Of a DNA stretch of 64,000 nt, positions 44,216 through 55,503 are shown in pieces. Numbering within the stretch: the stretch's first letter is position 1; each line of letters starts with the position of its first letter. The stretch covers positions 101,710 through 165,709 of the forward strand of contig JAKAYL010000001.1 of assembly GCA_021809545.1 (NCBI GenBank), given 5' to 3'. A model generated the notes under the pieces. The model was given only the letters and a program-made list of their open reading frames with translations. It was not told where the DNA came from and did no database searches. Position numbers and translations under genes: made by a program. The stretch is from Thermoplasmata archaeon. Lineage in GTDB: Archaea > Thermoplasmatota > Thermoplasmata > Lutacidiplasmatales > UBA184.

Positions 44216-46999
44216 TCACTGCGGGGGGAAGCTCCCCTGGAACTGCCGGTCCCTCCGGTGCTTGCGGGCGATCACGACAAGGGCCACGGCCCCGACGATG
44301 ACCACTCCGGAGATGAGCGCCCAGTCCGCGAGCGCGGTCGTGCTGGGGCCCGACGAGGGACCGGACGAGGGGGGCACGGCGGCCTTGACCACGAGGGAGT
44401 AGGTCGCGAAGACCTGTTGGCCTGCCGGGTCGGAGACCGCCACGGTCACCGTGAAGTTACCGGCGACCCCCGGTGTGCAGAGGAGGGAGGCCGTGTCCGC
44501 GGAGGTGCATCCCTGCGGAAGCCCCGAATAGGAGTACGTGAGGGGGGTATCCCCGCCGTTCGTTGTGACGTTGAGGTAGGTGCCCTCGCCCACAAGGTCC
44601 GGGTTCCGGCTCGCGGCGTACCCGACGATCTTCAGGGGGGACACTGCGACAGTGACCGCCACGTTGGTGGAGGCGAAGACCGAGTGACCCAGCGCATCGG
44701 TCAACTGGACCTGCACGGTGAAGTTCCCCGCCGCGGAGGGCGTGCAGTTGAGAGAGGAGGTGTTCGCCGAGGAGCACCCGGTCGGCAGGCCCGAATAGCG
44801 GATCGAGTAGGGAGCCTGACCCCCGGACGCCGACACCCGGAGGACCGTGGTCCCCCCGAGGGTGAGGCTCGCGGGAGTGGCCGTGAACGTTTGGATGGAC
44901 GGGTACCCTGCGGGCGAGGTGACGGTAAGGCTGGCCCCCCGGGTCGCCTGATGACCCGCTGCATCGGTCACCACCGCGGTGACCGTGAAGGTGCCCGCCG
45001 CGGTCGGGGCGCAGGAAAGGGAGGCCTGGTTCGCCGAGCTGCACCCCAGCGGCAGTCCCTGATAGGAGTACACGAGGGGAGCAACTCCCCCGCTAGCCGT
45101 GACATTGAGGTAGACCGTCCCGTTCACGGAGACAGTGGATGGTGCGATCGTGAAGGCAGAGATCGTCGGTGAGCTGGGGGTCACGGGCGACACGGTGAAG
45201 ACGACAGATCCTGTCGTGATCTTTCCCGAGGAATCCGTCACGGAGACGGTGACCGTGAAGGGACCCGTGGCGGTGGGAGTGCAGAGAAGAGTGTTCTGGT
45301 TGGCGGTGGCACATCCCGCGGGCAGCCCGATATACGCGTAGGAGTAGGGGGCGACCCCTCCCGTGGCCGAGACCGTGAGGGTGGTGGAGTTCCCGAGTGT
45401 GAAGTTCTGGGGGGAGGCCGTGAAGGCAGTGATGACCAGTCCGGGGGCGGCCACGGTGAGGAGGGCTCGTGAGCTCGTGACCGTCGTTCCCCCAGCGTCG
45501 GTCACGTTCACCTGGACAGAGAAGTTGCCCGAAGCGGTGGGCGTGCAGGCAAGGGACGCCGTACTGGACGTCGTGCATCCGGACGGAAGACCCGTGTACG
45601 CGTAGGAATAGGGAGTCGTCCCCCCGGTGGCCGTCACGTTGAGGTAGGTCGTGCCCCCCAACGGAATGGTGGAGGGACTCACCGTGAACTGGGAGATGAT
45701 GAGCGCCGACGCCGTGATAGCGAGGGTCGTGGTGGCCGACGTGGACTGGCTGCTGGGGTCCGTGACCGTGACCTGCACGGTGAAGTTTCCGGCCGCGGTA
45801 GGGGTGCAGGAAAACGAGGCGCTGTTCGAGCTGGTGCACCCCGCGGGAAGGCTGGTGTAGGCGTAGGTATACGGGGTGACGCCCCCGGTGACGGAGGCCT
45901 GGAACGTCGTGGCATTCCCAAGCTGGAGTGCGGCCGGGGAAGCGATGAAGGAGGAGATCGCAAGCGCGGGCGGGGCAGTGACAGTGAAACTGCATCCCGC
46001 ACCGGAGGAGTTGGTGAGCCCTTTGCTGTCAGTGATCGTGACGGTGGGGTTCACGGTCCCGGCGGAGAGGTATACATGGGTGGGGGTCTGGCCCGTTCCG
46101 GTGGACCCGTCCCCAAAGGCCCACGCGTAGGTGTACGGCGAAGTTCCCCCCGTGGGGGTCGCAGAGAATTGGATCGTGTTGCCCGCGGCGAAGGTGCCTC
46201 CGCAGAGGAGACTGGTCGATGTCGTCGTGTCGCTCATGGCGTAGGACACACTGAGGGGGGTGGAGGATGAGTTCCCGCAGACGTTGCCGGGGCAGACCGT
46301 GCTCCAGGGGAGGTTGGCCAGGTTTTCCCCGCCGCTCGGGAAGCCGTTGGTGGAATCACAGAGCATGGAGCCGGTCCCCGCGAAGCCTACGGGAGCCCAC
46401 TTGCAGTAGGCGCCACTGAGGTAGCTGCCCCAGAAGTTGTAGGAGTTATAGTTGTAGTAGGCGAGGGCCCACTGGAAGGAGCAGAGGGGGTTGAAGTAGA
46501 TGCCACCCCAGTCCGACGAGCTCCCCGACCAGGTGGAGCACGAGGAGGGGCTGTACCCGGAGACAGCGAAGGATCCGCCTGCGGGGGGGCACTGTCCCCC
46601 CGTGCCCTCCTGTAGGATCCCCTCGGCGTCCGGAAGGCCGGAACCGCAACCGGGGCTCGTGGACATGCAGGTCCCGCTGCCGGACTCGATGGCGCCCGGG
46701 CAGAAGGTGCTCTCTTGATAGGCCATGGAGACGAAGGTGATCTCAAGGTTCCCGGAGAAGCCGGCCGCTCCGGCGCAGTCGACGGTCTGCTGGAGGTCCA
46801 TCTGGGTCCCGCTGCCGTAGTAGTACACATTGGGGCAACTGTTCTGCGCGACCGAGGGGACGCCCCCAGAGGTCGTCGGTGCGGCGGACGCGAAGGGGAC
46901 CACCGCGAACGCAGACAAGAGGAGGGGAAGGAGCAAGAGGGAGAGGCCCACCGCTCTCCGGCGCAGACGGCCGGGGCTCGGAACGGACCTCAGAAGCAA
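44216..46999 (-). CDS. large PKD-repeat cell-surface glycoprotein with C-terminal TM anchor
   Basis: Signal peptide RRRAVGLSLLLLPLLLSAFAVVPFASA follows a TTG start with GGAGG 7 nt upstream. It carries at least eight roughly 90-aa repeats (...TGGTTPYSYAYTGLPSGCTTS...GNFSVQVNVTD...), a PKD-like motif FGDGSTGTG, and a C-terminal TM helix with a basic tail. The track ORF extends farther upstream. Confidence 0.7.
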   Translation of the reverse strand: MLLRSVPSPGRLRRRAVGLSLLLLPLLLSAFAVVPFASAAPTTSGGVPSVAQNSCPNVYYYGSGTQMDLQQTVDCAGAAGFSGNLEITFVSMAYQESTFCPGAIESGSGTCMSTSPGCGSGLPDAEGILQEGTGGQCPPAGGSFAVSGYSPSSCSTWSGSSSDWGGIYFNPLCSFQWALAYYNYNSYNFWGSYLSGAYCKWAPVGFAGTGSMLCDSTNGFPSGGENLANLPWSTVCPGNVCGNSSSTPLSVSYAMSDTTTSTSLLCGGTFAAGNTIQFSATPTGGTSPYTYAWAFGDGSTGTGQTPTHVYLSAGTVNPTVTITDSKGLTNSSGAGCSFTVTAPPALAISSFIASPAALQLGNATTFQASVTGGVTPYTYAYTSLPAGCTSSNSASFSCTPTAAGNFTVQVTVTDPSSQSTSATTTLAITASALIISQFTVSPSTIPLGGTTYLNVTATGGTTPYSYAYTGLPSGCTTSSTASLACTPTASGNFSVQVNVTDAGGTTVTSSRALLTVAAPGLVITAFTASPQNFTLGNSTTLTVSATGGVAPYSYAYIGLPAGCATANQNTLLCTPTATGPFTVTVSVTDSSGKITTGSVVFTVSPVTPSSPTISAFTIAPSTVSVNGTVYLNVTASGGVAPLVYSYQGLPLGCSSANQASLSCAPTAAGTFTVTAVVTDAAGHQATRGASLTVTSPAGYPSIQTFTATPASLTLGGTTVLRVSASGGQAPYSIRYSGLPTGCSSANTSSLNCTPSAAGNFTVQVQLTDALGHSVFASTNVAVTVAVSPLKIVGYAASRNPDLVGEGTYLNVTTNGGDTPLTYSYSGLPQGCTSADTASLLCTPGVAGNFTVTVAVSDPAGQQVFATYSLVVKAAVPPSSGPSSGPSTTALADWALISGVVIVGAVALVVIARKHRRDRQFQGSFPPQ

Positions 47000-47209
47000 A
47001 GAGTTCCCTCCTTCCGTGGGAGCGGGCAGATCCGTTCGTGGGTTCGACTCCCAAGATCTCGCGCAGTGTGTGCCATGATGCCAGTGGGCAGGGAGAAGGT
47101 GGAGGTCGTATTTAATGGATGCTGTCGAGGGTGGCAGCGGCGCAACCCACCGCCAGAACCCGGGGCACGGCTCCGGCTTATCTATTCCATCCGTCTCCGT
47201 TTTCCCGCG

Positions 47210-47824
47210 ATGGGGACCAAGGAAGACCGCAGTGCGCGTCTCCTGCAGCAGCGCAGGGAGGAACGGTCCTCCCCGTACCGGCTCTCCAAACTGGGGCACG
47301 ACTTCTACCCCGGGACGCGGGAGTACCTGGAGGAGCTCCGTTCCCTCCTCGAGAAGGAGCTCAAGGAGAACCCGATGTCCCAGAAGGTGGATTTCACGCG
47401 GGGCCAGTACCAGCGGGCCCTCGCCTCGGCCCTCGAGGTGCGCAACCTGCGCATGGGAAAGATCGCCAGCCTCGCAGCGCTCGCCGCGGCGAGCGGCACC
47501 GGCGCGGACGAGCTTCTCCCCGAGGAGAAGGGGCTCTACGAGGCCCTTTTGCGCGAGCTCAAGGCCTTTGCCCACCAGTACGAGTTCGACAGCGCCCGGG
47601 AACGCAGCGTGGACACTCCCCCGGCCGCCACCCCCCAGAGCCCTCCCGCCTCTCGCAAGCAGATGGTCGTCCGCATCGTGGCGGACGACCCCCAGTCCCC
47701 CCTCGAGACGACGGGGATGACCCCTCTCCACAAGGAGGAGATCGCCTCCCTCCCGGAGGAGGCGGCCCGTGCCCTCCTCGACGCAAAGCGTGCCGTCACC
47801 GTAGACACTTCGAAATGCAGCTGA
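47210..47824 (+). CDS. hypothetical alpha-helical protein (possibly replication/GINS-like; unverified)
   Basis: ATG at 47210 with CTTATCTATTCC about 25 nt upstream. Its stop overlaps the RNase Z start by 10 nt. Confidence 0.4.
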   Translation: MGTKEDRSARLLQQRREERSSPYRLSKLGHDFYPGTREYLEELRSLLEKELKENPMSQKVDFTRGQYQRALASALEVRNLRMGKIASLAALAAASGTGADELLPEEKGLYEALLRELKAFAHQYEFDSARERSVDTPPAATPQSPPASRKQMVVRIVADDPQSPLETTGMTPLHKEEIASLPEEAARALLDAKRAVTVDTSKCS

Positions 47825-48720
47825 CCTTCCTCGGCACCGCGGGATCCTGGCCCACAAAGGAGCGCAACGCGAGCGCCGTCGCGCTCGACATGGACACCGA
47901 GGTGGTTCTTCTCGATTGCGGGGAAGGGACCCAGCGCCAGTTCTTCCTCAGCCCGATCTCCTTCATGCGCGTCCGGAGGATCCTCATCACCCATTTCCAC
48001 GGGGACCACTTCCTCGGTCTTCCCGGGCTCATCCAGAGCATGGGGCTGAACAACCGCACCGAACCGATCGACATCTACGGTCCCGCAGAGGTGGAGAGGT
48101 TCGTGGCGGCGATCATGGAACTCGGTCACTTCACCAAGAAGTTTCCCGTGAACGCCCACCCCGTGGAACCCGGAGAGGAGGTCGACCTCGGCACCTATAC
48201 CGTGCGTGCGGCCCGGGCGGCCCATCCCGTCCCCGCCCTCGCCTTCCGCATCCAGGAGAAGGACAAACGCGGGCGCTTCGACGCGGACCGGGCCCACGCC
48301 CTGGGCTGCCGGGGTCGGGATTTTGCCCACCTTGAGAGGGGCGAGACCGTGACCCTGGGGAACGGCACGGTGGTCACTCCGGCCATGGTGATCGGCCCTC
48401 CCCGGCCGGGCCGCTCGGTGGTCTACACGGGGGACACCGCCCCTTCTCCTGAGATCGTCCGTCTGGCCCAACAAGCGGACGTTCTCATCCACGAGGCCAC
48501 CGTTGAGCTCTCCCTGGAGAAGGAGGCCAACGAGTGGGGGCACTCCTCGGCCCGACAGGCGGCGCAGGCCGCCCGCGAGGCCGGGGTGGGCGAGCTCTAC
48601 CTCACCCACTTCTCCTCCCGCTATCCGGATGTGACCCCCCTCGAGAACGAGGCACGGGAGCATTTCGAGCGTTCCGTCGCCGCCCACGACCTGTTCACTA
48701 CCATCCTGCATCAACGGTGA
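47815..48720 (+). CDS. rnz: ribonuclease Z (tRNA 3' endonuclease, MBL fold)
   Basis: N-terminus MQLTFLGTAGSWPTKERN, motif HFHGDHFLGLPGL, and C-terminal ...THFSSRY. Confidence 0.85.
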   Translation: MQLTFLGTAGSWPTKERNASAVALDMDTEVVLLDCGEGTQRQFFLSPISFMRVRRILITHFHGDHFLGLPGLIQSMGLNNRTEPIDIYGPAEVERFVAAIMELGHFTKKFPVNAHPVEPGEEVDLGTYTVRAARAAHPVPALAFRIQEKDKRGRFDADRAHALGCRGRDFAHLERGETVTLGNGTVVTPAMVIGPPRPGRSVVYTGDTAPSPEIVRLAQQADVLIHEATVELSLEKEANEWGHSSARQAAQAAREAGVGELYLTHFSSRYPDVTPLENEAREHFERSVAAHDLFTTILHQR

Positions 48721-48723
48721 ACC

Positions 48724-49998
48724 ATGGTCCGGGCGGATACTATCCTCACCGGCTTCGAGGTCGCCGCCACCCTCGCCGAGGGCAGCCTCCCGCGGCGGGG
48801 GGCCGAGCTGGGGAACCTTTCCCTTCTCGAGCGGCCGACCATCGCTCTCTCGGAGGGACGCATCGCCTGGATCGGACGGAGTTCCGGTCTGAGACGCCAG
48901 GTGATCCTCCGGAAGGGGGGCACCCGCAGGGAGTTCTCAGGAGGGACCCTCCTCCCTGGGCTCGTGGACGCTCACACCCACCTCGTCTTCGCGGGGGATC
49001 GCTCCGGGGAGGTCCGCCGGAAGATCCTCGGGGAGAGCTACCTCGATATCGCCGGCAGCGGCGGGGGGCTCTTCCGCACGGTCCGGGAGACCCGGAAGGC
49101 TTCCGAGAAGGCCCTCGTGGAGGAGGCCCGCGGCCGCCTTCACCGCCTCCTTCGGTGGGGAACGACCTCCCTTGAGGCGAAGAGCGGCTATGGACTCAGC
49201 CTCTCCTCGGAACTCAAGCTGCTCCGGGTGGTTCGGGAACTGCAACGGTCGACCCCGGCCCAGATCGTCCCGACCTTCCTCGGGGCCCATGCCGTACCCC
49301 CGGAGTACGAGGGGCGGCGGGAAGTCTACGTGAACGATCTCGTGCGCCGCCAGATCCCTGCGGTGGCGAAGCAGGGGATCGCGCGGTTCTGCGACGTCTT
49401 CTGCGAAGAGGGCTTCTTCACCGCGGAGGAGTCCCGCTGGATCCTGACCGCTGGGAAGGCCTCGGGCCTCGCCCCGAAGATCCACGCCGACGAGTTCACC
49501 TCCTGTGGTGGCTCGGCCGTCGCCGCGGAGGTGCGGGCGGTGAGCGCGGACCACCTTCTCGCCGTCTCTCCGGACGACGTGGGACGTCTGGCGAGGACTG
49601 GGGTCGTCGCTGTGCTCCTCCCGCTCACCCCTTTCGCCTCGATGTCTAACGGTCGGTCCAAGGGGCGGGAACTCGTGGACGGCGGTGTCCCGATCGCCCT
49701 CGGCTCCGACCTGTGCCCGAATTCCTGGGTGGAGGGGATGCCGCTGGTGATCTCGCACGCCGTCTACTCGGCCCACCTCACCCCCGCGGAGGCCCTGTCC
49801 GCAGCGACCGTGAACGCGGCGTTCGCGATCGGGCTGCCCGAGGCGGGGCGTCTCGTCCCGGGCGCCCGGGGTGACCTCGCCATCTTCGATATTCCGGGGC
49901 CGGAGCACCTGGGCTACCGGCTCACCGCTCCCGCCCCGACCGAGGTCTTCCTCGCCGGGAAGAGCCTCTCCGCGCCGGGAGGGGCCCCATCAAGGTAG
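48724..49998 (+). CDS. hutI: imidazolonepropionase-like amidohydrolase
   Basis: GLVDAHTHLVFAGDRSGE...SY..IAGSGGGLFRTVRETR matches HutI signatures. No other hut genes are seen in the window. Confidence 0.7.
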   Translation: MVRADTILTGFEVAATLAEGSLPRRGAELGNLSLLERPTIALSEGRIAWIGRSSGLRRQVILRKGGTRREFSGGTLLPGLVDAHTHLVFAGDRSGEVRRKILGESYLDIAGSGGGLFRTVRETRKASEKALVEEARGRLHRLLRWGTTSLEAKSGYGLSLSSELKLLRVVRELQRSTPAQIVPTFLGAHAVPPEYEGRREVYVNDLVRRQIPAVAKQGIARFCDVFCEEGFFTAEESRWILTAGKASGLAPKIHADEFTSCGGSAVAAEVRAVSADHLLAVSPDDVGRLARTGVVAVLLPLTPFASMSNGRSKGRELVDGGVPIALGSDLCPNSWVEGMPLVISHAVYSAHLTPAEALSAATVNAAFAIGLPEAGRLVPGARGDLAIFDIPGPEHLGYRLTAPAPTEVFLAGKSLSAPGGAPSR

Positions 49999-50041
49999 CT
50001 TTATGTCAAAACCCCTTGTTTGACAACTGAGCGTGGAATCC

Positions 50042-51313
<1,272 letters not shown>

Positions 51314-51605
51314 ACCGGGACCCTCCCTATCCGCGGGGTCCTTGGCCTATCCCCGGAGCAATCCATAGACCAGAACATCGACTTACCGGGATCCGAGCCG
51401 GGCCTCTCCCCGGAGGCGCCCCTCCCGCGGGAGGGTCGGGGGGGGGGTCTGGGACTGACCGTGGATGCGCCAAAAGAGGTGGGCCCCGGACGCGACGGCC
51501 CGAGGAATGCCCGCGCGGTCTGCCGGCCGGAAGGGCACTTCCACGGCTCTTCCCCTACAGCACCGATATGAGGCGAACCGGCTTGCGCTGCAACGAGCGT
51601 GGCCC

Positions 51606-52520
51606 ATGCCCGACGCAACCCTTCTCAGATCCCTCACCCTTTCCGCCAGGGGAAGCCCCCTGAGCCGGGTCCAGGTCCGGCTCGCGGAAGAGGAACTCCG
51701 GCGCCACTTTCCCGGGACCGAGCTTCGCGAGATCTGGCTGACCACCACCGGGGACAGGTCGCGGAAGATGGGGTTCGAGGACCTTCCCACCCCCGGGGTC
51801 TTTGAGAAAGAGGTCGACGAAGCCGTCTTGGACGGCCGGGCCGACCTCGGGATCCACTCCCTGAAGGACATCCCCACCGATCTCCCGAAGGGGCTTGCGA
51901 TCGTCGCTGCGCTGGCGCGGGGACCCTCGGGAGACCTCCTCGTCGGCCGGGACAAGGTCCCCCCGACCATCGGACGCCTTCCCAGCGGCGCCCGCGTGGG
52001 TACCTCGAGCGTGCGGCGGAGGGCGATGGTCCTCTATCACTCCCCGGAAGCCAAACCCGTGCCGCTGAGGGGGAACGTCGGCACACGCGTACGAAAGCTC
52101 GAGGAAGGGGAATGCGATCTGCTGTTGCTGGCCGAGGCGGGCGTGACCCGTCTCGGGCTTCATCCCCCTTCCCGGAAGATCCCCATCAATCTGTGTCCCC
52201 CGGCCCCGGGCCAGGGGATCGTGGCGCTCGTGGCCCGCGCGGACCGGAGCGAAACCTTTTCGGGCCTCCGGGATGCGGCCCCCTACGCTTGGTGGGAGCT
52301 CTTGGTGGAACGGGCCTTCTTGCAGGAGATAGGGGGAGGATGCTCCCAGGCCCTGGGGGGGCAGGCCAACCGGGCCCTCTCCTCCTTCACGGCCGCCGAG
52401 TGGGCGGAGGATGGCCACGCCCAGCGCAGGATCACCGTGAGCAGCAGGGGCCGACGGCCCGAGGAGTTCGGACGGTACGTGGCCGAGCAGCTGCGGGAGG
52501 CGCCGTGGGTAGAACGGTGA
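51606..52520 (+). CDS. hemC: hydroxymethylbilane synthase (porphobilinogen deaminase)
   Basis: LSARGSPLSRVQ..., GRADLGIHSLKDIP, and ...GGGCSQALGG (cofactor Cys). ATG at 51606 in frame in track ORF 51465..52520. Confidence 0.85.
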   Translation: MPDATLLRSLTLSARGSPLSRVQVRLAEEELRRHFPGTELREIWLTTTGDRSRKMGFEDLPTPGVFEKEVDEAVLDGRADLGIHSLKDIPTDLPKGLAIVAALARGPSGDLLVGRDKVPPTIGRLPSGARVGTSSVRRRAMVLYHSPEAKPVPLRGNVGTRVRKLEEGECDLLLLAEAGVTRLGLHPPSRKIPINLCPPAPGQGIVALVARADRSETFSGLRDAAPYAWWELLVERAFLQEIGGGCSQALGGQANRALSSFTAAEWAEDGHAQRRITVSSRGRRPEEFGRYVAEQLREAPWVER

Positions 52521-53278
52521 GGTCCCCTCCCCGGAAAGGCTGGCTCCCGTCCGTCACGTTCCGCCCCGGCACCGTGGTGATCACCGGAGCGGGTCCCGGG
52601 GACCTCGGACACGTCAGTCTCCTCGCCTTCGCCTACCTGCGCAAGGCCGATGTGATCATCTACGACCGGCTGACGGACCACAGCATCTTCCAACATGCGC
52701 GGAAGGGAACGGAGCTCATCTACGCGGGCAAGGGCCCCCGCCGCAAGGTCCAGCAAGCCCGGATCAACCTCCTCCTGCGGGACCAGGCACGGAAAGGGAA
52801 GCGGGTGCTCCGCTGGAAGGGGGGCGACCCGTACATCTACGGGCGCGGCTACGACGAGCGCCAATTCTTGGAGGAGGCGGGGATCCCGGTCCGGTGCCTC
52901 CCCGGCATATCGAGCGTGACCGGCCTTCCCACCATCGCCGGGATCCCGGTGCTCCACCGGGGCACTGCGAGCACCTTTGGGGTCTTCACCGGAGAGCTGG
53001 GAAAAGAGAATACGTCGGACGGGATCTCCCTGCAGCGGATCGCCCTCGCCTGCGACACCCTGATCGGGGTCATGGTGGTCAAGAAGCTCGGTCTCATCGT
53101 CAAAGAGCTCCGGAAAGTGCGCCGCGCGGACGAGCCCGTGGCGCTCATCGTGGAGGGAGCCACGCCCCGGCAGAAGGTCCTGCGGACCACACTTGCCAAG
53201 CTTCCCGAGCTCGCCCGGCGCCAGAAGGTGACCTCTCCCGCGCTCCTCATCGTGGGAAAGGTGGCGGCCCTCCCGTGA
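52517..53278 (+). CDS. cobA: uroporphyrinogen-III C-methyltransferase (SUMT)
   Basis: VVITGAGPGDLGHVSL..., GGDPYIYGRG and the canonical SUMT layout. GTG start overlapping the hemC stop (GTGA). A downstream GTG is an alternative. Confidence 0.8.
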   Translation: MRSPPRKGWLPSVTFRPGTVVITGAGPGDLGHVSLLAFAYLRKADVIIYDRLTDHSIFQHARKGTELIYAGKGPRRKVQQARINLLLRDQARKGKRVLRWKGGDPYIYGRGYDERQFLEEAGIPVRCLPGISSVTGLPTIAGIPVLHRGTASTFGVFTGELGKENTSDGISLQRIALACDTLIGVMVVKKLGLIVKELRKVRRADEPVALIVEGATPRQKVLRTTLAKLPELARRQKVTSPALLIVGKVAALP

Positions 53279-54294
53279 CCGGCCGGTTCCTTCGGACCCT
53301 CCGGGGCGAATCGACCGATGGGGTCCCGATCTGGCTGATGCGCCAGGCGGGCCGCTATCTTCCCGGCTACCGGAAGCTGCGCGAACAGCACGGTATCCTC
53401 GAGCTCGCCAAGGATCCGCGCCTCGCCTCCGAGGTCGCGCTCGAGCCCCTCCGCCTCTTCGATCTCGATGCGGCCATCGTCTTCGCGGACATCGTCCATC
53501 CGCTGGAGGGAACGGGAGTCCCCCTCCGCCTGGACCCGGGGACAGGACCCGTGGTCCTGCATCCGGTCCGGAGGTCCGAGGACCTGGAGACGCTCCGCGC
53601 CTCCCATGACGTTGCGAAGGAGACGGCGTTCGTGGGCGAGACCATCCGCCGGCTCCGGGACGCGACGGACAAACCAGTCCTGGGCTTCTCCGCGGCGCCC
53701 TTCACCCTTGCCTGCTATCTGGTGGAGGGAGCCTACGCCCGCGACTTCCCCGAGGTCCGCCGCATGATCTTGGGTCAGCCGGACCTCTTCCGCAAGCTCC
53801 TCATGCACCTCACGGGCGTCGTCATCGACTACCTCCGCATGCAGGAACGGGCCGGGGCCCAGGCGCTCCAGGTCTTTGACACCTGGGCCGGCCTCCTCTC
53901 CCCCGGGCAGTACAGCAAGTTCGCCCAGCCCTCCCTGAGCGAGGTGCTGACCTCGGTCGATGTCCCGACCCTCTACTTCTCCACCTCCTCCCGCCACCTC
54001 CTCGAGCTCCAGGCCAGCCTCGGGGCCACGGGGATCAGCGTGGATTGGCGCGTCCCGATCGACGAGGCACGGAAGGTGGTCGGGGCACCCACGGTGCTCC
54101 AGGGGAACCTCGATCCCGCCGCCCTGCTCGCATCCCCCGAGGCGATGGAGGTCGCCGCGGGCGACGTGCTCCGGCGTCTGCCCCGGGACGGACACCACAT
54201 CTTCAACCTCGGCCACGGTGTGCTTCCGCAGACGGACCCGCAAAACGTAAAACGGCTGGTCGACTTCGTGCACGCACACAGCGGAGGAGAATAG
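53275..54294 (+). CDS. hemE: uroporphyrinogen decarboxylase
   Basis: PIWLMRQAGRYLPGY (the UroD PxWxMRQAGR signature). GTG start overlapping the cobA stop (GTGA). Confidence 0.85.
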   Translation: MTGRFLRTLRGESTDGVPIWLMRQAGRYLPGYRKLREQHGILELAKDPRLASEVALEPLRLFDLDAAIVFADIVHPLEGTGVPLRLDPGTGPVVLHPVRRSEDLETLRASHDVAKETAFVGETIRRLRDATDKPVLGFSAAPFTLACYLVEGAYARDFPEVRRMILGQPDLFRKLLMHLTGVVIDYLRMQERAGAQALQVFDTWAGLLSPGQYSKFAQPSLSEVLTSVDVPTLYFSTSSRHLLELQASLGATGISVDWRVPIDEARKVVGAPTVLQGNLDPAALLASPEAMEVAAGDVLRRLPRDGHHIFNLGHGVLPQTDPQNVKRLVDFVHAHSGGE

Positions 54295-54298
54295 GAGC

Positions 54299-55360
54299 AT
54301 GGATCTCGCCAAAGCTCCGCACGTTCTCACGTGGGAGCTCACCCGCGCCTGCGGCCTCAAGTGCCGTCACTGCCGCGCGAACGCGATCCCCCGGCGCAAT
54401 CCTCGCGAGCTCACCCTTGCCGAGGTGGAGGCGGTGCTCGACGACCTCTCGACCCGGTTCGAGATCCCCCCGCTCATGGTCTTCACGGGAGGGGACCCCG
54501 TCGAGCGGCCCGATCTCCGGGAGATCCTGAAGGCGAGCGTCGCTCGCAAGCTCCACACGGCCGTCTCTCCCAGCGTCACCCCCCTCCTCACCCGGAAGGT
54601 CCTCGCCGAGTGGAAGGAGATCGGTGTCAAGACGGTCTCCATCAGCATCGACGGGCCTTCGGCCGCGGTCCACGACGGCTTCCGACGCATGGACGGAACC
54701 TTCGTCGCCTCGCTCGAACGCGCGCGGGACGTCACCGAGCTGGGCATGAACCTGCAGGTCAACACCTCCGTCTGCGGGGACACCGTCGCCGGGATGCCGT
54801 CGATGGGGGAGCTCGTCAAGGAGCTCAAGGTCTCGAGCTGGGAGGTCTTCTTCGTGGTGCCGACAGGCCGGGGAAGGGCACTTCCCAAGATCACCACGGA
54901 GGATACCGAGGCCACCCTGAAGTGGCTCGCGCTCTACTCGAAGACCGTGGATTTCCGGGTGACGGCGATCGCCGCCCCCCAGTTCCGACGGCTCCTGCTC
55001 CAGAACGTGCCCGGAACGAAGTGGCCCACCATCCCCGCGGTCCGCGAAGCCCAGGGATTCGTCTTCATCGACCACTTGGGCGAGGTCTACCCCAGCGGCT
55101 ATCTCCCCGTCTCCGCGGGAAACGTCCGGCACACGCCGCTGACCTCCCTCTACCGCGACTCGCAGCTCTTCCGGGAGCTCCGGGACCCGGACCTCCTCCG
55201 GGGCCGGTGCGGGGCCTGCGAGTACAAGCGCATCTGTGGCGGTTCCCGGGCCCGCGCCTACGCCGTCACAGGAGACCTCCAGAACGAGGACCCGGCGTGC
55301 CCCTACATCCCTGAGGGGTGGGAGGAGCGGCCCACCGTGGTCCTTCCGGTGCACGCCTAG
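54299..55360 (+). CDS. radical SAM/SPASM-domain protein (AhbD/NirJ-like; candidate coproheme decarboxylase or heme synthase)
   Basis: CGLKCRHC is a Cx3Cx2C radical SAM motif. A C-terminal Cys-rich twitch/SPASM domain is present (GRCGACEYKRICGGSRARAY...CPY). GGAGGAG SD lies 9 nt upstream. Sits in the heme cluster. Confidence 0.6.
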   Translation: MDLAKAPHVLTWELTRACGLKCRHCRANAIPRRNPRELTLAEVEAVLDDLSTRFEIPPLMVFTGGDPVERPDLREILKASVARKLHTAVSPSVTPLLTRKVLAEWKEIGVKTVSISIDGPSAAVHDGFRRMDGTFVASLERARDVTELGMNLQVNTSVCGDTVAGMPSMGELVKELKVSSWEVFFVVPTGRGRALPKITTEDTEATLKWLALYSKTVDFRVTAIAAPQFRRLLLQNVPGTKWPTIPAVREAQGFVFIDHLGEVYPSGYLPVSAGNVRHTPLTSLYRDSQLFRELRDPDLLRGRCGACEYKRICGGSRARAYAVTGDLQNEDPACPYIPEGWEERPTVVLPVHA

Positions 55361-55429
55361 CCCGAGGTAGCAGAACCCTCCTCGGCCCCGAGAATCTCTC
55401 CGCTCCCCCGGGCCGCCCGAACCAGGTCG

Positions 55430-55443
55430 CCGAACATGTACGG
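55430..55443. promoter_or_regulatory. 14-nt palindrome CCGAACATGTACGG
   Basis: Near-identical to 57285-57298. Confidence 0.4.
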
Positions 55444-55503
55444 GGGTCCTGTCCGGAATTCTTCCCTAATCCCTCCGAGCCTTGTTGGTATTCGAAGGTG
55501 ACG

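Noticed and set aside
44400-46600. Possible CRISPR-like array suggested by regularly repeated DNA
   Set aside because: The repeats are about 270 bp, in frame, and encode PKD-like domains of one large ORF. There are no short repeat/spacer units and no cas genes.
52112-53274. Long N-terminal extensions of cobA (from 52112) and hemE (from 52894) in the ORF track
   Set aside because: The extensions overlap hemC and cobA coding sequence. Conserved N-terminal motifs begin right after the GTG codons that overlap the upstream stops.
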